Of a stretch of 63,548 bases of DNA, positions 13,001 through 25,885 are shown one piece after another. Origin of the DNA: Octopus bimaculoides (lineage: Eukaryota). Each line of letters starts with the position of its first letter. Positions within the stretch are counted from its first letter, which is position 1. The position numbers and the translations under genes were made by a program. Where the stretch lies: the NCBI RefSeq assembly GCF_001194135.2, contig NC_068983.1:57322550-57386097 (forward strand), in the 5' to 3' direction. The notes under the pieces were generated by a model. It was not told the DNA's origin. It saw only the letters and a program-made list of their open reading frames with translations, and made no database searches.

Positions 13001-13557
13001 ATATCGGCTGTGGATATAAAAATGTTGTCTTATTCATGACTGTTTGGTTGAAGTGATGGAAGAAAATCTACAATCACATAATACAAAAAAAAAAAATGTT
13101 ACGATAGTGTCAGGCATCCATTTGATCCAGTTTTCAAACAACAGAAATTATCAGTCATTTTCCCTTCAATATGTTATTCATTCCTCAACTCTTTTAACTT
13201 TACTATGCTAGAGAGAAGAAGAAGAAGAAGAAGAGAGAGACAGAAAAAGATGAGAGATAGAAAGATAAAAGAGATTAAAGAGACACAGATAGAAAAACAA
13301 AAACATTTTGACGTCACACAAATATACAGTTGTCAACATCATTAATTCGTTATTCCAACTCTTTCTATCTATGTCTAGCTTTGCATATGCATCTCTCATC
13401 TATCTGAAGCTATTATTCTATTACTTCAGGGAGAAAGAGGAGGAGAGAGGTAGAGGCATAGAAAGATTAAAGAGAGACAGGGTAAATAAGAAAGCTATTT
13501 TGACGTCACACAAATATATTAGTCACCATCCTCAGTGCTTTATTCGTTATTCCACAG

Positions 13558-13980
13558 CAGTGCTGGATATAACCATTAAGTAAAATAAACATGTGTTTAT
13601 GGCATCAAGGGAAAGATGGGGCACCACAGAAATGGTAAATGGTTTACAGCACAAAAGAAATCGCTTTAACATGCTAAAATAATATTTGAAATGGTTTATA
13701 TGATCGGAGATATAATTTCAAAGTGTTTATGGTGTCATGGCCAGGATGTGTTGAAAGACTTGGCAATTATAAAAACAAAAATGAGAAAACTTTACGAATA
13801 TAAATAATACGGAAGTATACAAAAATAAGCATCATTTTCTATCGTACATTTGGTTTTGTTTCATTTTGAAGAATAAAAAATATTCTATGGTTAATTATTG
13901 TTTATATTTTGAATTACATATATATAAGGGGGTCACAAGATCTTGTGTTTAGGACCTCTGAGGGTCTTAATTGAGCCCTG
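13558..13980. mobile_element. hAT-like MITE
   Basis: Ends cagtgctggatataa / ttaattgagccctg form imperfect TIRs; 8-bp flanks ttccacag / ttcctctg (6/8 match); truncated second copy from 29770. Confidence 0.6.
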
Positions 13981-14297
13981 TTCCTCTGTATTTGCAAGTT
14001 ACTTGGCAACCTCACTAGAGATGGTGTCACATGAAAAGCACTCAGTACACTCTGTAATATAGTTGGTGTTAGGAAAGACATCTAAGTGTAGAAACCAAGA
14101 CAAAACCGATTCTAGGACCTGATACAGCCCTGCGTCAAACTATCCAACAAATGCCAGCATAGAAAATGGACGTTACACAATGATGACGATGACGACAATA
14201 ATCATATGTATACAAGTTTTCTTTGCAAGTCACTTCAATGTGCTTAGCATTATCATTTTTCAGTTCTATATTTAAGAGATGAGGAATTATATACTTT

Positions 14298-14623
14298 CAT
14301 CATCATAATCATCCTTTAACGTCCGCTTTCCATGCTAGCATGGGTTGGACGATGTGACTGAGGACTGGTGAACCAGATGGCTACACCAGGCTCCAATCTG
14401 ATTTGGCAGAGTTTTTACAGCTGGATGCACTTCCTAACGCCAACCACTCCGAGAGTGTAGTGGGTGCTTTTACGTGCCACCGGCACGAGGGCCAGTCAGG
14501 CGGTCCTGGCAACGGCCACACTCAAAATGGTGTATTTTACGTGCCACCTGCACAGGAGCCAGTCCAGCGGCACTGGCAACGACCTCGCTCGTATGTCTTT
14601 TCACGTGCCACCGGCACAAGTGC
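14298..14623 (-). mobile_element. Family C: 5'-truncated RTE 3' end (about 60-bp subrepeats plus (GAT)n tail)
   Basis: Reverse complement of cactacactctcggagtggttggcgttagg...cccatgctagcatggaaagcggacgttaaa(gat)n. Confidence 0.85.
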
Positions 14624-15509
14624 CATTATTTACATTATTTACATTTGACAGATGAGGACAAATATCCGTCAAATGTAAATAATGTCAAATATTATCAGTT
14701 TTGTTTTTAACAATCAATGAATGTACTAAATTTTGAGCATACTAAATTTTGATGCTGTTCTAAGTTTGAACCATCGTTTGAGCTTACTTTACCCAATAAA
14801 ACTCACCTTATTTACACATTTAGAGAGAAAGTTTATATTACTTTGTGCATCCACATCTCTTTCCCAAATAAACAATCACTCGCAAATAGATATACACAAA
14901 CACAGTTACCGTTCGCCTGATCAAAGAGGTTATTCGTTGCGAATTTTCTTCCTGCATATCGCTGATTTATAAGCAAAAAATGGGCGGATGTCAGCATTGG
15001 GTGGCACAAACAAGTTGGAATTTCTCTGTCTTGACGAGGATTTTTCAGATTTTTATATCACGGGACCCTTGGAGATGATGGGTAGCATTTTTTGTAGCAA
15101 AAATAAATTTTCGAAACACGATTTTTTTAACACCCCAGCCGAGACCGATTTTGGTCGATTTTGCACAATCCACTTAAAAATGATGCGAGAAACATTTTTG
15201 CTAAAAATATTTTATTTTTATTTTTTCAACCCCATATTTATGAATTTCTTTCTTAACAATACATATGGCCTTTTTTTTAAATAACCTTTTTCCATTACTA
15301 CACAATTAAAAGTGTTTTGAGGGCTGAGGAATATTAAGCAAAGAAACAAAAAAGCTATCAAATGGTCGTGAGATGTTCTAAAAACAACTAAATCACTCTT
15401 AATTTTTTCTAGGGTTGTTCTGCATCAGTAAGATTTATATAGTAAAAGATTTATATATAAAAGACTTGTAAACCTGGTGAAGTCTTTTAGTCATATATGG
15501 GGCACGATG

Positions 15510-15800
15510 GCCCACTCTAGCAACTAGTTATTATTGTTGGAGACATATCCAGGTGTAGGCGGTTGGTCCGAGATTTTTTGAAGAAATTTGTCCGGTGAAC
15601 ATTTGAATTTTATAGGATCCATTTCCGTTTTGAAGTATTTTGGTATGGTATTAAAGAGAGCTGGACCAGTTGAAATAAAGTAATGTTGCTATGTGCACCA
15701 ATTTCGATTTTTGTAGTGGGCGGATAGCACGGGGGGCTAAGTCTTGGATGGATTTTAAAATTTGAAGCCAGCATCATTTGTGCAATATTGATGGAATATT
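15510..15800 (-). pseudogene. CR1/L2-like LINE ORF2 3' fragment
   Basis: Frameshifted HPRL..RAIRPLQKSK...FNTIPKYFKTEMDPIKFKCSPDKFLQKISDQPPTPGYVSNNN*LLEWA, resembling the LDKFL..IPDQP..PGY C-terminal motif. Confidence 0.6.
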
Positions 15801-16497
15801 TCCCCAAGAGTGAATTTGGTAGACGGAAGCTCTGTGTGTATGTATGTGTAAGTCTGTACACGCATGTGTACTTATGTGTGTGTATGTATATGTGTAAATC
15901 TGTATGTGCATGAGTGTGTACATGTGTAAGTCTGTAGGTGCATGTTTGTCCTCATCATCGCTTAGCAATCAGTATGTATGTAAGTATGTATGTGTGCGTG
16001 TATGTCTGTACGTGTATGTATTTATGTACATGTACGCATGTGTGTAACTGTATGTCTCTCTGTGTATGTTATGTATCCCCGTGTAAATGTATGCCTCTAT
16101 GTGTATGTTATGTATCCCTGTATCTTCATATCAACATATTTTTTAAACCAACGTACGCATTAAATATATTTTCCCCTTAATATTTATTATTAATATGATT
16201 AGTTGTTATCCATTATCTTTAATATGATAGAGTACCAAATTATATCGTTAGTTTTTTTTTGATATTTGTAATGTCTACACCTAATATACTATCAATTTAA
16301 TTAACGTAATTGAATGTAATTTTGTCTTACTTTTGCTTTATTTTATTCTGTTCGGTCTGTAAATTTGTTTGTCTATGTCTATAGATAATGTTTCATTTTT
16401 TTTGTTGTTGTTATTTATGATTATGGGTGTATGAACTGAAATATGTATGTATACGCAGAGAGAAATATATATCCAAACACAAATATATGTATGTACG

Positions 16498-16542
<45 letters not shown>

Positions 16543-17170
16543 NNNNNNNNNNNNNNNNNNNNNNNNNNNNNNNNNNNNNNNNNNNNNNNNNNNNNNNNNN
16601 NNNNNNNNNNNNNNNNNNNNNNNNNNNNNNNNNNNNNNNNNNNNNNNNNNNNNNNNNNNNNNNNNNNNNNNNNNNNNNNNNNNNNNNNNNNNNNNNNNNN
16701 NNNNNNNNNNNNNNNNNNNNNNNNNNNNNNNNNNNNNNNNNNNNNNNNNNNNNNNNNNNNNNNNNNNNNNNNNNNNNNNNNNNNNNNNNNNNNNNNNNNN
16801 NNNNNNNNNNNNNNNNNNNNNNNNNNNNNNNNNNNNNNNNNNNNNNNNNNNNNNNNNNNNNNNNNNNNNNNNNNNNNNNNNNNNNNNNNNNNNNNNNNNN
16901 NNNNNNNNNNNNNNNNNNNNNNNNNNNNNNNNNNNNNNNNNNNNNNNNNNNNNNNNNNNNNNNNNNNNNNNNNNNNNNNNNNNNNNNNNNNNNNNNNNNN
17001 NNNNNNATGTATGTTGACCATCTGATGAATCTGTATGTTTTTAATGAATTTTTATTTTAATTTTTACAGTTTAGTTTTATGGCTGATATTTAATTGCATA
17101 ATTTATAAGATTATCCACATTCATTTCTGTTACCTTCTACACGAGGAAATATTTCATAGAATTTAGACAC

Positions 17171-17285
17171 TGGCGTGGCTGTGTGGTGAGAATCTTGCTT
17201 CCCAACCACATGGTTCTGGATTCAGTCCTACTTCGTAGCACTTTGCACAAGTGTCTTCTGCTATAGCCTCAGGACAACCAAACCA
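17171..17285 (+). mobile_element. Family A SINE, 5' part only
   Basis: tRNA head and CORE-like block, cut at the junction with the L1/Tx1-like element. Confidence 0.8.
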
Positions 17286-17289
17286 TATA

Positions 17290-19180
17290 AGTCAAACCCT
17301 CGCCTACAGTCACCAGTCCTCCCTTGCCCCTCCTGACACAGACAATAACACAAACAGACAGGTGTCCTAAACACTCCAACCCACACCCCCAAAAAACTGT
17401 TTTGGTTTAATGGAAAACTGCGTGACAGAAACATTGGACATAGGCGTAACAGCAGATGCAAATAAGTTGGTCGTGAATTTTGTATGTGCGTCGTGTGAGA
17501 GGTTAGTGAAGGATAGTTGAATTGCGTCTGTTGTTAATTGTTTTGTCTGGAGACATTTGTATTTGCTGCCCTACGGCAGTTTTGTTAACGCTGTTCCCCC
17601 TGTTTGAAGGGGGGAAGCGCATTACTAGTGCCTTCATGATGTATAAAGATTTGAATTCTTCAGACATCGTTACATCAGAAGAAGAATTGCTGAGAAGTTT
17701 AGATATTGCAGACCAGAAGATGCAAAAAAATGAAGGTGGGAAAAAAACGAATTTTGCAGCTGTGGTTGGTGAAACAAGAGAAGAGATTTTGTTTTACGAA
17801 GGTGGAGGCGAAAAAGTACAGGGAAATCTTGCAAAGGGAGGGGCACGAAGTAAAGTAACCTTTCCTAGTGAAGTTGTAAAGGACACGCAAAAAAACAATA
17901 ATATATAGAACGTATGGTCTGAATACAAAGGGAATGGAGAAAGTGACAAAGCTACAAATAGAGACGGCTTTGAGACCCCTCTGGCAAAATGTCACCTACC
18001 TTGCCAGAAGGAAGAAACACACAACTGGGGAGGTGCGATTTGCATCTAAGAAGGCTAGGCAATATTCGGTAGCCTCCCTGAAAATGGACAAGGTAATACT
18101 TCTGCCTACTTCCCTTGGAAGGCGTGCTTCAAAGGCAAGGGTAGAAGAGATTACCCTGGAGGTAGATGTCGTCTGGCTGGTGGCTGCAATACTGCTGGAT
18201 GTAGAAGAGAAGATAAAGGTCCTCCAAGTAATGAGAACACCACCTAAGAATGGGCATGGTCAGACCCTGGAGATAATCATCCAGGCTGCACCTGAGGACC
18301 TTGAAAGAATAGTCGACACTATAATGGTGGGCGAGGAGGTGGTATTAAGAGTTATAGTGGAGAGCAGGAATCCCCGGTGCTATAAATGTGGCCAGAAGGG
18401 CCACATAAGGAAAGAGTGCTCTCCACCGACCACAAAGACACCAGCAGCACCGCAGGTCTGAAGGGAAATCATCCCTCAACCTCCTGCAATGACAAGTGAT
18501 ACAAGAGGCAGTGTGGAGGAGCCCGGCAAAGAGGCACAAATGGAGGAAGAGAAAACAGAAGAATGGAAGACAGTAAGCCGGAAAAAGAGAAAAATAAGAA
18601 GAACTCAGGGTATTAATATTGATCCCCATCCAATTCCCACCCCGCCTCACTCTGCCCAATCCTCCCCCTGCAAACACCAACCCTCACCCTACCTAACCAG
18701 ACACTGATACTACAGCTAGAAACAGACAGGAGCAGCAAATTCCCCAACGCCACCCTGTGAAAATACTTGCATTGTTTTTTTACAAGGGATCTCTCGATGA
18801 GTTTCACGAGGAAATAAACAATCTGGACGAGTCGATAAAAGTCGATATTGAAGGGTGTGAGGGAGTGCCCCTGCAAGTTATTATCTTACAAAAGGAAGTT
18901 GATAGTAGGGGAGTGCAGTCAACGGTAAGCTATCATGAGCTTTTAAAAGAATTTAACATGGACATATTAAGTGATTATTAAGTGATTAATTGTTTTTAAA
19001 ATGTTTCATTGAGGTAACTTGGATTGTGGGGTCCGAGTGGCCTCCATTTCATCCATTCGTTTTTTTTATACCATCTTTCCCATCCGTTTTATTTTTTCCC
19101 CACTTTTGTGTTTTCGTCCATCTTTGTACTGTCCCTCTATTTTACCCTACTGTGGGCAATAAAGAAATCGTTTTTTCAAT
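17290..19180 (+). mobile_element. ORF1-only L1/Tx1-like non-LTR retroelement (HAL1-like)
   Basis: Frameshifted gag-like ORF1 (~17636-18981), then ~190 bp pyrimidine-rich UTR ending gggcaataaagaaat; no endonuclease or RT sequence. Confidence 0.7.
17934..18461 (+). pseudogene. Core of LINE ORF1 (nucleic-acid-binding protein with CCHC zinc knuckle)
   Basis: LRVIVESRNPRCYKCGQKGHIRKEC (CX2CX4HX4C); upstream frame has TNFAAVVG; downstream of the stop the same frame has EEWKTVSRKKRK, all typical of L1/Tx1 ORF1. Confidence 0.8.
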
Positions 19181-19185
19181 CATCT

Positions 19186-20302
19186 GAAATGTAACTGTCA
19201 AAGTGCGATGTTCGAGCAATTTCGTTATTCAACTTCAAAAAAGGGCGTAAAGCAGCTGAAACTGCTCACGATATCAACGAAACATTTGGTGAGGAAATGA
19301 CCAGTGAGTGGTCAGCTCAAAAATAGTTTAAACGATTTCGCAGTGGAGACCTGAACCTTGAAGATCTTGAGTGTAGTGGACACCATCTGTCATCGATGAT
19401 GGTCAATTAAAGACTGTCATTGAGAAAGATCCATGTAAAACCACTTGAGAACTGGCAAAAGAACTTCAAGTTAACCAGAAAACTATCTGCAAACATTTGC
19501 TTGCGAATGAAAAATCAAGAAAGCTCAACAGATGGGTATCACACGATTTGAATGAAAATCAGAAAATGCACATGTAGAAAATTTACTCGTGGCTTCTTCT
19601 CCGTAACCAGACCAATCCCTTTCTTGACTGTACTGTAACGTATGATGAAAAGTGGATTCTGTACAATAATAAAAGACACTGACTCTTCGCAGTGGTTGGG
19701 CCAAAATGAAGCACCGATAACCTTCCCTAGACCTGAGCACTTCAAAAGGAAGGTTATGGTGACTGTTTGGTGGTGTACCGCTGGACTCATCCACTATAAC
19801 TTCTTAAAACCCGAAAAAAAAATTACTGCAGAAACACATTGCATGAAACTGCCAAAATGAAGAAAAACTGCTACCTACTCCTCTGTCTCATACTGGTCAA
19901 CAGAACAGGACCAATCATTCTTCATGACAATGCTTGACCACACGTTTCATCGTTTCATTAATGACGGTCCAGAAGTTGAGGGAACTTGAGTGCAAAGTTC
20001 TTCCCCACCCAGCTTATTCTCCTGACCTTTCTCCTACCGACTACCACTTTTACAAGCACCTTGATGGTTACCTGCAAGAGAAGCAGTTAAAAACTCAAAC
20101 CGATGCTGAAAGTGCGTTCAAAGAGTTCATCAGCTCCGGAACTCCAGATCTTTGTTTCCGGAATAAACAAACTTGTAGCTTGTTGGCAAAACTGTGTTGA
20201 TTGTAATGGTACTTACTTTGATGAATAAAATTACCGCATTACTGAAATATCTTGTGATGCATTTTATGTTTCAAAATGTTGCTTACTTTTGACTTAGTCT
20301 GA
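19186..20302 (+). mobile_element. Mariner (DD34D) transposon relic lacking its left TIR
   Basis: FNFKKGRKAAETAHDINETFG...WVSHDL...TYDEKWILYNN...KVMVTVWW...LHDNA*PH...HPAYSPDLSPTDYHF; right TIR acttttgacttagtctga followed by TA. Confidence 0.92.
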
Positions 20303-20456
20303 TATTTAGCTGAATTAACAGAGTAACTCAAGTTCTGAGAGTTCCGTGCGTTGGCATTTATCAGAGCTTGAGTCTCTCTGTTACTTCTGTTAAATATTAA
20401 TAACAATATACGTAAACTCATATTTCGAGCTCTATTTTCTTGTTTGCATCAACATC

Positions 20457-20531
<75 letters not shown>

Positions 20532-20533
20532 TG

Positions 20534-20566
<33 letters not shown>

Positions 20567-20569
20567 GTC

Positions 20570-20800
20570 TGAGTCTTTGTGTCTGTGTTTATTTCCCACC
20601 ACTGTTTGACTACTGGTGTTGGTGTGTTTACGTCCCCATAACTAAGTTCAACAAAAGAGATTGATAGAATAGGCACCAGGCTTTAAAACAAATAATAAAA
20701 CGAGAACTAAGCTCGATTCATATGACTAAAAATTCTTCAAGGTGGTGCCCCAGCATGGTCGCAGTCTAATGACTGGAACAAAGAAAAGATTAAAAGATTA
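20570..20800 (+). mobile_element. Family A SINE, 3' half
   Basis: ccaccactgtttgac...ccagcatggtcgcagtctaatgactgg after (TG)n/(TCTG)n. Confidence 0.8.
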
Positions 20801-21822
20801 AGATAAATCTATTGTCCTCAACGCAGCTGCTGCCCATTTCTTTTGTGTCCTACAATTTTCAGCATGTAATTCTGTATACTAAGTGGAAAGTCCAGTTGTC
20901 GTCTGATGTCTGCTGGTTGCTTGTGAGCCAAATGAGAATGGTAAATGTTTGGCAACGGTTCTAAGTGGGGTTTTCTTATTAATAAATCTAGCAGGCCAGC
21001 ATTTGCAGTCTTCTTGAAATGAATAACTTGCTGAGCTGAATATCAAAGCCTACGAATGTTCTTTACAGACGTGTGACATCGCCAAAGTTGTTATAAATTG
21101 AAACTGCAGCTATGCTTTTTTTTTTTTTTCAATGTAGTTAGGAGTTTTATATAACTAGAAGCAGATATGGAGATAACTGCTGACAAATGAAGGCAAAGTA
21201 ATGTCATGATACAAATATAGTGTATATGCCTGTATGTATTATGTGATATAACCTCAGGACACCGAGATAAACTGTAGGCAATGTTTTTCAGAGAAGGAAA
21301 AGATATTTTCACTGGCGAAAGCACAAACATATTTATGAATGCGTAGCAAAAATATTTGACAACATAGCAAAATATCTGTTAAGAAAATATTGCAATATCC
21401 AATAATAGCACTAAGCACTCAATCAGAAATATCGATAGTATTAACAGAGGTTCGCCATTTTTCCTTTTATATATATATATAGCTCTAAGATATTTAGTTA
21501 AGAAGAAAGTTAGCAACAGATTATGTTCACGTGATGGATTATTATTGATTTTACAGCGTTCTTATCGTTGTTCAAGCTTTTTTTTAACTAGCCTGGTTTT
21601 GGTTTGATATTATTAACTCTGAAATAATGAAATAGTAATCTGCAGTATTCGTCCAGCGATCACACATATACTTAATCATCTTCCTGGTGACCTATTTTCT
21701 CTGCTTGTATATTTTAACAGCTGGACATATTTCCATCAGTATGTTTCCCCATCTTGAACATCCGTTCATTCTTCAAAAACAACAGTGCATGCCATTATCG
21801 ATGTAATACACAAACACATTCC

Positions 21823-21901
<79 letters not shown>

Positions 21902-22169
21902 GAGGGGGTGCTGGAAAGTTCTTGGCTTTAAAGGCGTCACGAAATGCCTGGCTGGAAGCCCAACTTTCATAGTTTTCTTACAGGTCTTAGAAAAACTAAT
22001 GGACTAATACAATAAGTGACTATGAGAGGGGAATATGTTCAATAAAATTATAATTAACTGATCCTCCTGTATTTTCTTTTCCCTAAAACCAGCATGTATA
22101 TACGCATATGCATACATATACACACACATATATACATACATACATACACATATATGTAGGTGGGTATGT

Positions 22170-22555
22170 GTACTCTAATGGACTTTCTACACTTCAGCTG
22201 CACTTCTCCTACATATGGATTACACTGGACACCTCTGCTGATGAAAAATCGCTCCAGTACACCACGATGTCTGAAGCTTTTGAACCTTTTGAACTTTTCG
22301 TAACTTTTTTATACTTTCGTAACTTTTTTGTCCTTTCTGCTTTTTGTCCAGCATTCGCCATGATAAAACGCTAGCCACTACACATTCTTTTTTTCTCTCC
22401 TTGTTTCTGTCCGTGTTCTTTTCCGTGGAAGAGCGTAGGCTCGAAACGTTAAAGACTTTTTCACTTCCCGAGCGTTATACTAATATATCTGTTTGTTGTC
22501 TACACCACCTGTCTTCGTCTTTTTTTTTTTGTGAATTCTCCCTATATAAGGTTAT
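22170..22555 (+). mobile_element. Family F PLE-like terminal repeat with a variant minimal hammerhead (22419-22454)
   Basis: tttt CCGTGGA A GAGC gtag GCTC GAAAC GTT aaag; homologous pieces at 312-416 (-), 7675-7862 (-) and 62800-62860 (+). Confidence 0.75.
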
Positions 22556-22819
22556 AGATATATAATAATTTATAAAGCTAGATGGAACGAACAGTCTTCA
22601 ATTACAAATCACAGCAATTGTTTTTGTGCTTTATTAACAGCTGTTAGTTATTGAGATTTCCAAATCAAACAATTACAGCTGCTGTGTACCGGCACATCAT
22701 CAGGTGGGTGGCTTTGATAGCACAGCTGGATCATGTTCAGTTTCCCATCGTTTTATATATCGATATACAGACATACATGGTGACTCAGATGTCCCTTTAG
22801 CATTGAACAGACAATGATC

Positions 22820-23130
22820 TTTGATTTTAGGCACATATGCCAACTTCAAATTGAATATCAATGTTCGTTTCAAACTTTGGCACAAGGCCAGCAGTTTCAG
22901 GGGAGAGGGGAAAGTCAATTACATCAACCCCAGAATTCAACTGGTACTTATTTTATCGACCCCGAAAAGGATGAGATGCAAAATCGACCTCGACGGAATT
23001 TGAACTCAGAATGTAAAGACGGAAGGTGGAGAGCTGGCAGAATCGTTAGCATGCCGGGTAAAATGCTTAACGGCATTTCGTGTGTCTTTACGTTCGCCAG
23101 GGTTGACTCTGTCTTTCATGCTTTGAGGTC
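22820..23130. mobile_element. Two family B SINEs head to head (22820-23020 minus, 23025-23130 plus)
   Basis: Family B central domain present in both orientations. Confidence 0.75.
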
Positions 23131-23889
23131 ATTACGATTTTGATATCCTTCTTGAAAATAGGTTGTCTACACTAAAATGTCGTCAGCTGATTATAGACTC
23201 TCTGTGTAGTTTATCAGCGGTTAGTCAAACATCTGAAAATTTTATTGAATACAGTAGACATGACACGGCCTATATAATTCCAATGTTGGTGTCTACTGAA
23301 GCTTTAATGATATGAAATAAAAAATGAATAATAGTATTTTATTAAGAATTTATGACCATTATTACGTCATAGTGGAAACATTTTCAAACCTTAACAACAA
23401 TGTATGAATCATAAAGCAGTTTTGAAATGGATGAAAATTTCTTTACATCTTTACCGAATACTTTCTTTCTTTGTCTATTTTTTTTTCTTTTGATAATTTG
23501 AAACGAAAATATCCAAAAATATTGTGAACCGAATATTTATCTATTGCATATTTCAGTCATTGGACTGCGCCTATGATGGTGCACCACCTTAAAAAGTTTA
23601 GTTGAGTCCCTCTCTTCCAGTACTTATCGATTTAAATTTGGAACTGGTTCTATCCATTCTCTTTTGCCTAACTGCTAAGTTACCAGGACGTAAGCAAACC
23701 AATATATTTTGTTTTTTTAAACTTTAGACAAAGGCATGAATATTCTAGGAGACGAAGAATGTTTAGGCGCAAGACAATAGTCATATAATTATTTATAGTT
23801 TCGTACATTAAATAAAGACTACTAAAATAAGAGTCTAAACGATGAACAACTAACAAAGAGCTTCTCCATATTTGTTTTTATCCTATTTT

Positions 23890-24400
23890 CCAGATGGCCA
23901 GTAGCTTGACTGTTGAGAAGTGAGATAAGATAGCAGCACGCTATGAAGTGTGGAATTCCATTGCTTTGGTTCAGAGAGGGTGGCGTGCATGGATAGGTAA
24001 GCATGCAACACTACATCTGGAGACAATAGAAAGTTGTCATGCAAAGCTGATGATCACGAGCTCTGTGAACGATGCAAGAAGTGGCCATCCAACCACATTC
24101 CGATCAGTGGCAACAATGCAAGAAATGTCTAATTGCAGCCCGCAAAAAATCAACACGTCAAGCAGCAGCTCGTGAAAGTGGACTAAACAAGACAAACAAT
24201 ATGTACGGTGTTGCCTAAAGAATTGAATTTCCGTCAGTGGAAACCCCATTACGTGCAGGAGCTAAAACATGAAGACACTGAACCCAGAACTCCAAGAAGT
24301 CCAAATCTCACTCCATGTGATTTTTACCTGTGGGGCTACACAAAAGAGGAAGTGTACAAGACAAAACCTCGCACAATGGAGGACTTGGAGACATGGATTC
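23890..24400 (+). mobile_element. Internally deleted Tc1/mariner-superfamily relic (DD41D/rosa-like)
   Basis: N-terminal YEVWNSIALVQRGWR...DARSGHP...STRQAARESG...KPHYVQEL fused directly to C-terminal PRSPNLTPCDFYLWGYTKEEVY; the catalytic middle is missing. Confidence 0.7.
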
Positions 24401-24609
24401 ACTCTCATGGGTGGGACACTTGACTTGAAAGCCACACTCCTTGTGGACTTTTAAGATAGCTCCTGTGGAGGGCTAATTGAGCTAGTGGCCCTAAACTAAA
24501 GACAGCAATAATGATAAAGCATTTATTGGTATCCTACCATTTCAGATTTATATCACAGAGTATCAATCACATTTGGAGAATTTTGTATCACTGAGACAAT
24601 TGGAGATTA

Positions 24610-25585
24610 CTGTAAAGCAGCAGCGGCATAAACAACATTCTTGGTTTTACCATTTCGTATGAGTATGTAGAGATTCTTGCCATTTCCAACTCTGGAACAA
24701 CCGACAGAGAACCGGCCATGGGAAAAGCACTGCTGCATGAGGTGAAATCCAACAATTTTCAGTGATTATCTTTGACTCTTGTTAATTGACATTACAAAAC
24801 TAACTCTTACGGGAAATTGACGGCTTATGGGAATTCAAATGACATGTCTGCTGAAATCAATGGAATTCTTGGAATAAACACGTTTTCCCCCTTTCTTTGG
24901 GGATTGTTATTTCCAAGAGATGCGGATGCATTTGCCTGACAATCAGTCTTGTTCCATTGCACGGTTTTGAAAAATCTAGATTTCTCAAAAGTATGACTGG
25001 AACTCCTTTCTTCAATGTCAGTCTGTTCGAAGGCATTCCAGAAGGATCCAAAGAGTCTACTAATTCACAGCCTCATTGAGGTCCACAACAGTATCAATCC
25101 AGAAATAGTTTTTTCCTCAGTATTGATTGCATAAGTCTCCAACTGACAACCCGGACAGTTTCATTCTTTCGTGCAAGTATGGCCCTTTCACAAAACCAAT
25201 CATGATCTTGAAAATTACGTTCGATGTTTGGATAAACCTTGGTAATCAACTCTTCTACAGTATTTACATTTGTGGCAAAAATTGAAACCATTATATTATA
25301 CATTATGTACATTTGACGAATATTTGTCCTCATCTTGTTGTCAACACAACGTTATTATTATTATTTACCATAATCGAAAGATCGTAATATTCAACTGTTA
25401 GTATATAACAAAACCTCATCCAGACCTGATTCCAATGTTGGACTCCAAGAATCAAATGAAGGGCAGATTTTCAATCCTGGGGTTATACTGATTCCAAAAA
25501 CGTATAATGTGTCTATGTAGAGCAAATGTAGATTGAGACACAGGGGCCTCGGTCGAACGGACAGACAGGATTTCACGTTTATTAT

Positions 25586-25590
<5 letters not shown>
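24610..25590 (-). mobile_element. Helitron remnant retaining the PIF1 helicase C-terminus
   Basis: EELITKVYPNI...DWFCERAILARKNE; PSGMPSNRLTLKKGVPVILLRNL..PCNGTRLIV; QFPVRVSFVMSIN...CFSHG...VGCSRVG...KTKNVVY; Helitron-like 5' region ataataaacgtgaaatcctgtctgtcc near 25590. Confidence 0.88.
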
Positions 25591-25643
<53 letters not shown>

Positions 25644-25885
25644 GTATACATACAATATGTTGCTTTGTTTTCAAATTTTCTCTAATAATTTTTTACACAT
25701 GCTGGTGACAAATGTCTCGTTCATTTTTTGTAGGANNNNNNNNNNNNNNNNNNNNNNNNNNNNNNNNNNNNNNNNNNNNNNNNNNNNNNNNNNNNNNNNN
25801 NNNNNNNNNNNNNNNNNNNNNNNNNNNNNNNNNNNNNNNNNNNNNNNNNNNNNNNNNNNNNNNNNNNNNNNNNNNNNNNNNNNNN

